Part shown: positions 40,901 to 53,400 of the stretch, piece after piece
Layout of the letters: every line of letters begins with the position of its first letter
Numbering within the stretch: position 1 is the stretch's first letter
Assembly (NCBI RefSeq): GCF_009914755.1
Contig: NC_060925.1
Source of the DNA: the human T2T-CHM13v2.0 reference genome, Homo sapiens
Direction: 5' to 3' (one strand)
DNA: 64,000 bases
The notes under the pieces: model-generated
Told to the model about the DNA's origin: nothing
Seen by the model: only the letters and a program-made list of their open reading frames with translations
Database searches by the model: none
Translations under genes and position numbers: made by a program

Positions 40901-43280
40901 CATCTCTCTAGCTAGAGCACTCCACTGTCCCATGGGACAAAAGCAGGGCAGGGAGCTGGGTGACACTGGAACCAGTTTCTATTATTTCCAGCAAAGGGGA
41001 ATGGGCTGGGATGAGGATCTTAGAAAAGAAATGGAGGGAGGACAGAGAATTGGCCTGAGTACAGCAGGGCCAATCTGAGTTATGACTGCTCCTTCTGTAC
41101 CTGCCCCAGTTCTACTCCTTCCCGAAAGGAGCCACCTAGGTGTGGAATGCCCCCTGGGAGGTGCCTTATGTCTACAAGGGGAACCAGTGGATCAGGTACG
41201 ACAACTCCAAGAGCTTCACCCTCAAGGTAAGGCCCTCCACACTCTTCCTAATGCATGGTTGGGGAGAGTTGGGGGACCTACCCTCCAGTTGCCCTTGAAT
41301 TGCAATCCCAGGAGACCCCTGAGGGAGGTGAGGAGAGACACAGAGAGGTTGTGAAGTTTCAGGGTGAGCCAGTGACCCAGCCACGGAGCCTGACAGTTGG
41401 AGCAACCCCTTCACCTCCTTTTCCTTCCTTTCCTTGACTCCTGCACTTTCTCCTTCTTCCCACCCCTGGAGACTCTCCTTTGGCCCCCTCCCCTGCTCTT
41501 CTCTGGTCCTCATGCAGCTCTTTGATTCATGCTTCCTGCTTCTTGATACAGGTGTTCTTCCCCACTCCAAAGACAAAGTGTAGACCACAGAGTTTTTTGC
41601 TCTCCTTTGCCTATCTCCTGCCCATGGCAAATTCACACAGGCTGAGCCCAAATCGGGAGGCGATAGAGCCTCTGGTCTGTGAGGTTATGCTCAGGTCTGG
41701 GGAGGACATAATTGCTGTTTATCAATCCCAGGGCCCTTCACCCTACACCTTCCATCTAGAGCCCTCTCACTTTGCCCAGGTACTTTGCTTTGTGAAGGGC
41801 CCTATATCTCTATAGCACTCAACCCACCCAAACTCCAGCTCTGAGGTGCCTTCTCAGAAGGTGGTTGGTGATAACAAAGGGCAGGGGGTAAGAGCTGCTT
41901 GGGGCCAAGACTCATTCTCTGTGACTTAGTCCTACAGTCCTGTACATACAAATATGTTCATGAATTCCTCAAAGTTGCCTCCTCAAAACCCACCCCCAGT
42001 CTCTCCTCTCCATGACTAGATCATGGTCCTCCTGCCATCCTGCTGGAGTTACTCCCTGCATTTGTGCAAGGACAGCCCAGAATCCCCCTGGTTCTCTTCC
42101 TCTGGTTTAGTGGCTCCTAAAGAACAGATTTGGAGGGGCCATTGTCTGGGCCATTGACCTGGATAATTTCACAGGCACTTTCTGTGGATGAGGCAAATAC
42201 CCTCTCATGAATGCACTCAAATCCGCGCTTGGTGTCTCCGCACCCAGTAAGTAGTGATGACCTAACAGCCATGAGATAACAAACTAGACATGGTTAAGAG
42301 GAAGAGAAGACCAGAGCTCCTCCCAGTCTCACCTCAAACAAGGCCTCCTCCAGATCTTCCAGCTGTCTTAGTGTGTCCAGTTGGAACTTGCATTTAGGAC
42401 CCAGAAAGCAAGACCCAGTGGACTTACTAAAGGGCAGGCCATGAGTGAGAGCCCTGGCAAGTAAAAGGGGACCTATCAATATTCTGGAGGATTCTCCTCT
42501 GTAGAGCTACTCAGGGAAGCTTCTATAAAGTAAACTGAACATGCTGGAGCCTGGGTAGGGAAGGGGACAAAAACACCGTATTCCCTGTCACTGCTGCTCG
42601 GCTCCAGCTTTTATGAACTTTGTGGGTCAGAGGAAAAAAAAAGCAAGGGAGGGATTAAAAACTTAGAAGATGAGGAAAGGAATGAGAGAAGGAGAACTCT
42701 AAAGGGGCTCAGCTAGCATCTTTCCTGAAGTGGGGAGCAGAGCTACAGATGGTCTCAACACATGATTCTATCCCAGCCCCGAGAACAGGGCAAGTCCAGG
42801 AAGAAAGAGGGGCTGGGAAGCTGCGGAAAAAGCTAGTGCTAATGATTGGATCTTTATTCCGTGTCAAGCCTGCTGGTTCTTTTAGATTTCGTATAATTCT
42901 CATAGGCACTCTTGGTGCCAGCTGTATTAGTTTACTTACAAATAAAAGCTAATAATTATGTGGTACTCACTATGTTATATAGCGTGCACATTGGAAAATG
43001 CTTTACCTAATAATTCTAAGAGATAATACAATTATGCCATCATTTCAGAGAGGAAATTGAGGCTCAGAGAAGTGTTAATGAATTTCTCATGGTCACATAG
43101 CTCATGGCAGAGCTGGGCTATGAACTTGGGTATCCTCGATTCAGGCTCAGAGCATTAAACCACTGGTTTAGGTAGGATGTGTACTGAGAGAAACCCACAG
43201 TGACCTTACAGACATGACACTCATCCTGGGAAAGGAGTCCTCTCCTGAGCTTATGGGGACCATTTTCCTTCTCTCTTCAG

Positions 43281-43516
43281 ATTGCAGAGTACCCACCTCT
43301 ATCCTGGGCACCAGCTTGGCCCCCATCATCACTGCAGCACCTGGGGGTGGCAGCACAGGTGGCAGTGGATTCTGTACTGGGAAGTCCAAAGGTCTGTATC
43401 CTAGTCCCACCAGCAAGCATGCTTTCTACAACTGTGTGGATGAGCACACATACGAGGAGGCTTGTCAGGAAGGCCTGGTCTTTGATACCAGCTGCTCTTG
43501 CTGTAACTGGGCATAA
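43281..43516 (+). pseudogene. CHIAP1: Pseudogene last exon: linker + CBM14 chitin-binding domain, frame intact
   Basis: ORF 43214..43516: GFCTGKSKGLYP...FYNCVDEHTYEEACQEGLVFDTSCSCCNWA*; six domain Cys. Confidence 0.92.
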
Positions 43517-43831
43517 GCTATTCACCTGCTGGGTCCCTTGGAGATTGTAAGACTAAAGGATGATTAAAGGGAAGTTTTGCATGTGAATGCCAAGTTGTCT
43601 GTTTTGATTTATAAATCTGTGTGATACTATCCTGCAAGTAAAAGACAACCTACTGCCACCCCCTAATCCTCGTTGTCCACAAGCTCCCAGGAGATGCCCA
43701 AACATTGAGGCTGAGAGAGAAGGAGGAACAGGTACCTGGGACCTCTCTGAGCATCTCTATGGGAAGTTCTGGCACTCTGGCCCCTCCTGAAGCAGGACGA
43801 GAGAGGAAATAGGCTCTAAGGAACAAGAGAA

Positions 43832-43837
43832 AATAAA
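43832..43837 (+). terminator. Candidate poly(A) signal of the pseudogene
   Basis: AATAAA ~315 nt after the stop; ATTAAA also at 43563. Confidence 0.45.
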
Positions 43838-45470
43838 GCCTCATTCTTTCTCACAAATATGCCTTCAAAGGGTCTTGCGGAAGGACCCAGAAGAGTGGCT
43901 GGACTTGGAACACTTAATTTACGGCATCCACCCTCTTTAGGAACTCTTCACGAAGTTTACTCATTTCCCAACTCCATGGCAAACAACCCTAAGAAAGCCT
44001 GTGTTTTAAAGACAAAGCATGATGGGCTAACCACAGGCTAGTTTACACACACCTCTTCCACACCTATGAGGTTAGGAAAAAAGACCATCGCCGATGATTT
44101 CAAGATTACTTCATTTCCAAAACAAATTCATTTATTATCATTTTATTGCCACACCATGCTGCAACGTACCCTTTGATTCCCTTAGGGAAGGCAATAAGAA
44201 AGCTAGAAGAAAAACCACATTACAGCAGGAGTCAGAGGTCCTCTTTCTCCTACCACCTCCAGAGCCTGGCCTTGGCTTTTTCCCCAGTTACCATGCTGCA
44301 GAAGGCAGGAAAAATGCAGCTCACCAAGCAAGGGAGACACCTCTTTGTCCAGCCACCTTAACTTGTTTATTGGTGGATAGGGAGGGAGTCTGTGGATTAT
44401 ACGCTTTTGACAAAACTGTCATAATCAGTCATAAGCAGAATCCCCAGAAGTTTATTTTGTCCCTCCCATCTGGCTAGCTGGAGTATAAGCAGGATGTCTA
44501 TACATCTCTGTTTGCTCGGGAAAGTCCTGGTTAACTATTGTTCCAGTGTCCAATTCATTTAGCAATTGTGTGGGTTTAAAATTTTTATTATAAAGTATTT
44601 TTATTACTATTGTATTGAAGTTATATGACATGAATTTATACACCTCCACTTTATACTACTTTTTGCCGTGTTTCATAAACAGAGTTCTTTAATATGTGGT
44701 TAAATCTGAACATTTACCAGAGATAACCCCTCTCCTTTCCTGGCCCTTTTCTGACAAAACAAATTACAGCCCCCTTTCAATGACTACTTGCTGGGTGCTT
44801 GCTAATAAACTGATGTGCACTAGGACGGAAGTAGCTAGAGATAGCTATCACCTCTGGTCTCCAGGACTGGTGAGGGACTGCTGCTCCTGCCAACCCCTTT
44901 GTGGACCAGCCAGTTGTGCCATGGCCTGTGAGATGCATAAAGCCATCAGGCCACATGTCAGTAGGATGAGTGGGTAATTATAGGTTAAGAGTATGTGGAA
45001 TATAAACAGGGAAATATTAATAGAAACTAAGAAGACATTCCACTGAGTTTGTAGAGAGTAGTCTGAATGCTCTTCCTACAAGGGCTTTATCATCTATTGT
45101 GTAGTATAAATCTACAACCACTTATTTATTTTATTGTTTGGTAACACTTTTTATTTTGCAAATAAATGCTTTTGTCAGCAATGAGCTTTAAAATTTCAAA
45201 TGTCTAGATAATAAAAAATTAAGTAATGAATTTCCATTTTCCAAGAAAGTTGATGGTGAATGTATAACTTATGTACAACTTGCATAAGATGTTGGTTGAC
45301 ATTTACCAACCACCATGGGGTTGTTTGATATAGCATGAAAACCAAAAGACATGAATCTGCTGAACAAGCATCAGCATCTACTTCAAAGAAATCATTATTT
45401 TAAGAGGATTTTGCCTAAAGATGATGATTTCACAAAAGTAGTTGCCAAAGGTATTATTTATATCACTAGG

Positions 45471-45802
45471 TGCCATGGTCTGAACGTTTGTGTCCCTAGC
45501 CAAATTCATTGAAATCCTAACCCCCAGGTGATAGTATTGGGAAATGAGGCCTATGGGAGGTGCTTAGAATTAGAGACCTTATAAAGAGAACCCAGAGAAC
45601 TAGCAAACCTCTTCCACCATGTAAGGACACAGCTAGAAGCTTTTATGTATAAACCAGAAAGTGGGTCCTCACCAGACACTGAATCTGCCCACTTCTTCAT
45701 CTTGGATTCCTAACCTCCAGAACTGGGGAAAATAAATGTCTGTTGTTTATAAGCTACCCAGTTTATTGTATTTTGTTACAGCAGCCTGAGTGGACTAAGA
45801 CA
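45471..45802 (+). mobile_element. MaLR LTR (MLT1A0-like)
   Basis: TGCCATGGTCTGAACG...GGACTAAGACA. Confidence 0.75.
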
Positions 45803-46239
45803 CTAAATGAAACATAAATTTTCATTTAGGTAGATCAAGTGACTGATGCTTCAAATTAACTTTTCTCTTTTTCTATTCCAAGTTTTATATCTGTGTGTGT
45901 GCATATATAAAAGTGAAGTTCTATTTGCAGAACAACTTTCCAAGCTTTTAAATAATACCAAGTTAATATCAATGTCATCAGATATTTCAAATAGAAAATC
46001 AGATAAGATAGTTATTCAAATAATGATGGGATAGTTGGATTTTTTTTTCACACAGCTTATGAAATAAAAATAAAGCTTTTTGGTAGTTCATTTCGTTAAA
46101 GGAGAGACATTGGATGTTATCATAAATGCTATTTTAAATTCAGTTAAATAGTTCAACACTAAAATTAATTATTTTGTAGTGATATGAATTCAAATATTGA
46201 TGGAACATAACATTATGTAAAAACAGTATTCCTTCTAAA

Positions 46240-46893
46240 TGTCTTAGTCCATTTATGCTGCTATAGCAGAATACTGCAAATTGGGTAATTTATAGAAAAC
46301 AAAGATTTATTTCTCACATTTCTGGAGGCTGGAAAGTCTCAGATCAAGGTGACTGTATCTGGTCTCTGATGAAGACCTTCTTGCTGCATCCTTATATGGC
46401 AAGAAAGCAGAAGGGCAAGCTAGCTGAATTGCTGCGTGAAGCCACTTTGAAAAGGGCCTTCATCCTAGTTGGAAATCATCATTCTCAGCAAGCTATCACA
46501 AGGACAGAAAACCAAACACCACATGTTCTCACTCACAGGTGGGAATTGAACAATGAGATCACTTGGACACAGGGCAGGGAACATCACACACTGGGGCCTG
46601 TCAGGGGGTGGGGGGCTGGGGGAGGGATAGCATTAGGAGAAACACCTAATGTAAATGATGAGTTGATGGGTGCAGCAAACCAACATGGCACATGTATACC
46701 TATGTAACAAACCTGCACGTTGTGCACATGTACCCTAGAACTTAAAGTATAATAATAATGATAAAAAAGGGCCTTCATCCTATTCATGAGGGAGGAGCCC
46801 ATATGGCCTAATCACCTCTTAAATACCCCACCTCTTAATGCTATCACATTGGCAACAGCTGAATTTTGGAAAGGACACATTCGAACCATAGCA
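46240..46893 (-). mobile_element. MaLR LTR (MST-like), interrupted by an L1 fragment
   Basis: TGTCTTAGTCC...AACCATAGCA. Confidence 0.7.
46468..46764 (+). mobile_element. L1PA 3' fragment with 18-bp TSD
   Basis: L1 3'UTR; TSD AAAAGGGCCTTCATCCTA at 46450-46467 and 46765-46782. Confidence 0.9.
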
Positions 46894-47414
46894 GCATGAA
46901 ACATCTGACATCATTGTAAAAGCTATTGTAGATTCAGTTTAGAAGTTCAGCATTGAAAATCAATTATTTTTATGGTGATAATATGAATTCAAATATTGAT
47001 GGAAGCATAACATTATGAAAAGCAATAAAGTGTATTTTCTTCTAAATTAAAACAATATAGGGCAGAAGTGTTCTAAAAATTGGTTGCAGGCTATAAATCA
47101 CTCTATATGTCCCCAAAACTGATATTTTACCATTCAAAATAAAAATTGTCAAATTTTTAGGTATTTTTATATACATAGAGTAACTGATCTATAAAATTTT
47201 ATTAACAACACTGATACTGAATACAAGACAACACACATCACGGCACTATGTGCTTTCTCTCCTTGCTGCCTATTGTCAATAGGATTTTAGAAATGTTTGA
47301 GTCATGGAAGAATTACTTTTTAATTAATTTGAAGTGTCCCACGATAGTATTGAACTTTTTTGGTACACAAGTCTTCTAAGTTTGGTTGCATTTTATTCAA
47401 AATTATTATAAATT

Positions 47415-50400
47415 TTTCTTCTTTAATTTCTGTAGGCACATAGTAGCTGTATATATTTAGGGGTACATGAAATATTCTGTTACACGCATATAATCATAAT
47501 AATCATCTCAGGGTAAATGGGTGTCTATCAACTCAAGCATTTATCCTTTGTGTTACAAAAATTCAATTATACTCTTTAAGTTATCTTTAAATGTACAATT
47601 AAACTATTATTGACTATAGTCACCCTGTTTTGCTATCAAATACTAGATCTTGTTCATTCTTTCTATTTTTTTGTACCCATTAACTATCCCCACTTCTCCC
47701 TCACCCACCCACTATCCTTTCCAGGGTCTGGTAACCATCATTCTACTCTCTATCTCCATGAGTTCAATTGTCTTAATTTTTAGCTCCCAAAATAAGTGAG
47801 AACATGTAAAGTTTGTCTTTCTGTGTCTGGCTTATTTCACGCAACATAATGACCTTCAGTTCCATCCACATTGTCGCAAATGACAGGATCTAATTATTTT
47901 TTATGGCTGAATAGTGCTCTGTTGTGTATATGCACCACATTTTCTTTATCCATGCATCTGTTGAAAGACCCTTAGGTTGATTCCAAATCTGGGCTATTGT
48001 GAATAGTGGTGCAATAAACATAGGGGTGAAGATATTTCTTTGATATATGGATTTCCTTTCTTTTGGGTATATACTAGCAGTGAGTTTGCTAGATCATATG
48101 GCGGCTTTATTTTTAGCTTTTTGAGGAAACTCCAAATTGTTATCCATATTGGTTGTACTAATTTACATTCCCACAAACAGTGAATGAGCATCCTCTTTTA
48201 TCCAAATATGTGCCAGCATTTGTTCTTGCCTGTCTTTTAGGTGAAAGCCATTTTAATTGGGGTGAGATTATATCTTATTGTAGTTTTGATTTGTATTTCT
48301 CTGATGATTGATTATGTTGAGCACCTTTCATACACGAGTTTGCCATTTTTATGTCTTCTTTTGAATTTCTGTCTTTTGCTCATTTTAATTGAATTATTAG
48401 TAAAAGACTTATTTCCTATAGAGTTGTTTGAGCTTCTTCTATATATATATGCCAGATGGATAGTTTGCAAATATTTTCTCCCATTCTGTGAGTTGTCTCT
48501 TCACTTTGTTAAGTGTTTTTGTTTTTTTTTTTTTGCTATGCGAAAACTTTTTACCTGGATATGATCCCATTTGTCCATTTTTGCTTTGGTTGCCTGTGCT
48601 TTTGGGGTATTACTCAAGAAATCTTTGCTCAGTCCAATGTCCTACAGAGTTTCTAAATGTTTTATTTTAGTAGTTTCATAGTTTGAGTTCTTAGATTTAA
48701 GTCTTTAATCCATTTTATTTGATTTTTGTATATGGTGACTGATAGGGGTCTAGTTTCATTCTTCTGCATATAGATATCCAGTTTTCCCAGCACAATTTAT
48801 TGAAGTGACTGTTCTTTCCCCAGTGTATGTTCTTGGTGTCTTTGTCAAAAAGGAACTCACTGTAGATGTACGGATATGTTTCTGGGTTAGATATTGTATT
48901 CCATTGGTCTATGTGTCAGCATGCCAGTATCATGCTGTTTTGGTTACTATAGCTCTGTAGTATAATTTGAAATCAGATAATGTGATTCCTCCAGTTTTGT
49001 TATTTTTGCTCAGGATAGCTTTGGCTATTCTCAGTCTTTCGTGCTTACACATAAATTTTAGCATTTTTTTTCTATTTCTGTGAATATGTCTTTGGTATTT
49101 TGATAGGGATTGCATTTAATCTATAAATTGCTTGGGGTAGTATGGACATTTTGAACAACATTGATTCTTCCAAATCCAGGAACATGAAATATCTTTCCAT
49201 TTCTTATCTCCTCTTCAATTTCTTGCATCAATGTTCTACAATTGTCATTGTAGAGATGTTTCTCTTTTGGGGTTAAGTTTATTCCTACATATTTTATTTT
49301 ATTTATGGCTACTGAAAATGAGGTTACTTTCTTTATTTCATTTTCATATTGTTTGCTGTTAGCATATTAAAATGCTACAGATTTGTTATGTTGATTTTGA
49401 ATTCTGCAACTTTACTGAATTTGTTTCAGTTTTAATAGTTTTTGGTGGAGTATTTAGGTTTTTCCAAATATAAGATTATATCATCTGTGAAGAAGAATAG
49501 TTTAACTTCTTCCTTCCCAATTTTGATGCCCTTTATTTCTTTCTTTTGTCTTATTGCTCTAGCTAGGATTTCCAGTACTAGGTTGAATAACAGTGGTGCA
49601 AGTGGGCATCCTTGTCATGTCCCAGATCTTAGAAGAAAGGCTTTCAGTTTTCCCCATTCAGTGTGATACTAGCTGTGGGTCTGTTGTATGTGACTTATAT
49701 CATGTTGAGGTCTATTTATTTTATATCCAGTTATTTAGTGTTTTTTTAATCATGAATGGATGTTGAATTTTATCAAATGCTCTTTCAGCATCAGTTGAAA
49801 TTATCATATGGATGATCACATTGATGAATTTGTATATGTCAAACTATCCTTGCATCTCTGAGACAAATCCCACTTGGTTATAATGATCTTTTTAATGTAT
49901 TTTTGAATTCAATTTGCCATTGTTTTGTTGAGGATTTTTGAATCAATGTTCATCAGGGATATTGACTTGCAGTTTTCTTTTTTTGATGTGTCTGTCTGGT
50001 TTTGTTATTAGGGTAATACTAGCTTCATAGAATAAGTTTGGAATTATTCCCTCCTCCTCTGTTGCTCAGAATAGTTGAATAGGATTATTATTAGTTCCTC
50101 TTTAAATGTTTGGTAAAATTCAGCAGTGAAGTTGATATCATTTGGATCTGTGTCCCTGCCTAAATCTCATGTCAAATCTTAATCCCCAGTCTTGGAGGTG
50201 GTGGTTGGTGATTGGATCACGGGAGCTGATTTTTCTCTTGGTGCTGTTCTCATGATAATGAGTGAGTTCTTGAGAGAGCTGGGCAACTCCCCATCACTTT
50301 CTCTTGGTCTGGCCATGTGATGTGCTGGCTCCTCCTTTGCCTTCCACCATGATTGTAAGTTTCCTGGGGCCTCTTCAGATGCCAGCCTCATGCTTTCTGT

Positions 50401-53400
50401 ACAGCCTGTGGAATCATGAGCAAATTAAACCTTTTTTCTTTATAAATTACCCAGTCTTAGGTATTTCTTCATAGCAATGTGAGAACTGACTAATACAGAA
50501 GCCACTGAGTCCTGGGCTTTTCCCTGCTGGGAGACTTTTATTACAGCCTCAATCTCAGTACTTCTTATTGGTCTGCTCAGGGCTTTGGATTTCTTTATGG
50601 TTTCCCTCTGTAGGTTGTATGTGTTTAGAAATTTATCCATTTCTTCTAGGTTTTCCAATTTATTGACATATAGTTGCTCAAAGTAGACTCATGATGCTTT
50701 GAATTTCTGTGGTATTTGTTGCAATGCCTTCGTTTGCATCTCTGATTTTATTTATTTTTGTCTCTTTTTCTTAGTCTGGCTAAAAGTTTGTCAGTTTTGT
50801 TTATCTTCTCAAAAAAACAACTTTTTATTGTTTCACTGATGTTTTGTATTTTTTGTTTCAATTCCATTTACTTTAGCTCTAATCTTTATTACTTTTTTTT
50901 TGCTTCAACTAATTTTGGGTTTGGCTTTCTCTTCCTTTTCTAATTCTTTAAGATGCATTGTGAGGTTGTTTATTTGAAGTTTTTCTACTTTTTAAATGTA
51001 GGCACTTCCATATTAGTATTGCTTTCACTCTATCCTACAGGTTTTGGTATGTTGTGTTTCCATTATCATTTGTTTCAAGAAATTTTCTAATCTCCTTCTT
51101 AATTTCTTCATTGACCTAATGTTCATTCAGGAGCATATTTTTAAATTTTTATGTGTTTATATAGTTTCCAAAATTCCTCTTGTCATTTATTTCTAGTTTT
51201 ATTCCATTGTGCTCAGAGACGATACTTGATATTATTTCAATTCTTTTGAATGTTTTAAGACTTGTGTCCTACCATATGCTCTACCCTTGAGAATGATCCA
51301 TGTGCAGAGGAGAAGAATGTGTATTCTGTAGCTGCTGAATGGAATGTTCTATAAATGTTTATTAGGTCCATTTGGTCCATAGGACAGATTAAGTCCAATG
51401 TTTCTTTGTTGATTTCCAATACTGAAAGTGGGGTGTTGAAGTCTTCAGCTGTCATTGTATTGGGGTCTACCTCTCTCTTTAGCTCTAAGAATATTTGCTT
51501 TTCATATCTGGGTGCTCCAATGTTGGATGCATGTATATTTATTATTGTTATAGCCTCTTGCTGAATTGACCCCTTTATCATTATGTAACAACTTTCTTTG
51601 TCTCTTCTTATAGATTTTGTCTTGAAATATATTTTGTCTGATACAAGTATAGCTACTCTTACTCTTTTTTTGGTTTCTATTTCCTTGGGATATCTTTTTC
51701 CATCTGTTTATTTTCAGTCTATGTATATCTTTATATGTGAAGTGTGTTTCTTGTAGGCAACAGATAATTGAGTCTTGTTTTTTAATCTACTCAGCCATTC
51801 TATGTCTTTTGATCTGAAAGTTTAGTCTATTTACATTGAATGTTATTATTGATAAGTAAGGACTTACTCTTGCCATTTTGTTATTTATTTTCTGGCTGTT
51901 TTGTGATCTCCTCTTACTTCTTTCCTTCCTTCCTGTCTTCCTTTTAGTGAAGGTCATTTTCTCCTGTGGTATTTTTAATTTCTTGCTTTTTATATTTTGT
52001 GTATCTGCTGTATTTTTTTTATTTGAGGCTACCATGAGGCTTGCAAGTAATGTCTTAAATCTCATTATTTTAAACTGATAACAACTTAGCACTGATTATA
52101 TAAACAAAACTAATAAATAAGCAAAGGGAAAATTAACAAAAACCAGACTTTAACTTCATCTTCCTGCTTTTTAACTTTTTCTTGTTTCTATATCTGTGTT
52201 ATTGTACTGTCTGTCTAGAAAAGTTGTCGTTATTGTTTTTGAAATGTTCATCTTTTAGTCTTTCTACTCGAGATATTAGTAGTTTATATACCACAATTAC
52301 AGTGTTATACTATTTTGTGTTTTTCTGTGTACTTAATATTACCATTGAGTTTTGTGCTTTCAGATAATTCCTTGTTTTTTTTAATGCCCTCTTCTTTCAG
52401 ATTGAAGAACTCCCTTTAGCTTTTCTTGTAGGACAATTCTGGTGCTGATAAAATTCCTCAGCTTTTATTTATGTGAGAAAGTCTTCATTTCTCCTTCATA
52501 TTTAAAGGATTTTTTGCTGGATATACTATTCTAGGATAAAAGTGTTTTTTTTTTTCCTTCAGCACATTAAAGATATCATGCTACTTTCTCTTGACCTATT
52601 AGGTTTCCGTTGAAAAGTCTGCTGCCAGATATATCAGAGCGCCTTTGTATGTTACTTGTTTCTTTCCTCTTGCTGTTTTAGGATCCTTTCTTTACCCTTG
52701 ATCTTTGGGAGTTTGATTATTCAATGTCTTGAGATAGTCTTCTTTGGGTTAAATCTGTGTGGTGTTCTATAGCCTTCTTGTACTTGAATATTGCTATCTT
52801 TCACTAGGTTTGGGAAGTTCTCTGTTATTGTCCCTTTGAATAAACTTTCTATGCATTAATATACATTTCTCTCCACCTCCTCTTTAAGGCCAGTAACTCT
52901 TAGATTTGCCCTTTTGTAGCTATTTTCTAGCTCTCTTGTAGGCATAGTTCATTCTTTCTTGTTTTTTGTTTGTTTGTTTTGTTTTCTTAATCTCCACTGA
53001 CTGTGTATTTTCAAATAGCTTGTCTTCAAGCTCACTACTTCTTTCTTCTGCTTGATCAGTTCTGCTATTAAGGGAATCTGATCCATTCTTCCGTATGTCA
53101 ACTGCATTGTTCAACTCCAGAATTTCTGCTTGATTCTTTTTAGTTACTTCAATTTCTTCACTAAATTTATCTGATAGGATTCTGCATTCCTTCTCTGTGT
53201 TATGTTGATTTTTTTTTAATTTCCTCAAAACAGCTATTTTGAATTCTCTGTATGAAAGATCACAAATCTCTGTTTCTTTGGGATTGGCCCCTTGTTCCTT
53301 ATTTAGTGTTCATGTTTTTGGTGAGGTTATGTTTCCCTGGATGATCTTGTTGCTTGTGGATATTTGTCAGTATCTGGGCATTGAAGAGTTAGGTGTTGAT

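Larger units (their letters stand above)
34289..43837 (+). pseudogene. CHIAP1: Unprocessed acidic-chitinase-like (CHIA-like) pseudogene
   Basis: Exon relics: 34350-34374 (MGKLLILA), 35831-35854 (GLALLLQL), 37047-37103 (NTELKTSLSIGGWNFGSQ), 37808-37973 ([12 protein letters not shown]), 38554-38678, 39217-39338 (frameshifted), 40112-40297 (TAG), 41110-41226 (TAG), 42105-42246 (TAG, TGA), 43281-43516 (CBM14). The symbol is inferred from position just downstream of CHI3L2. Confidence 0.9.

Noticed and set aside
41172-41651. 159-aa antisense ORF in the pseudogene
   Set aside because: Low-complexity intronic sequence; no motif
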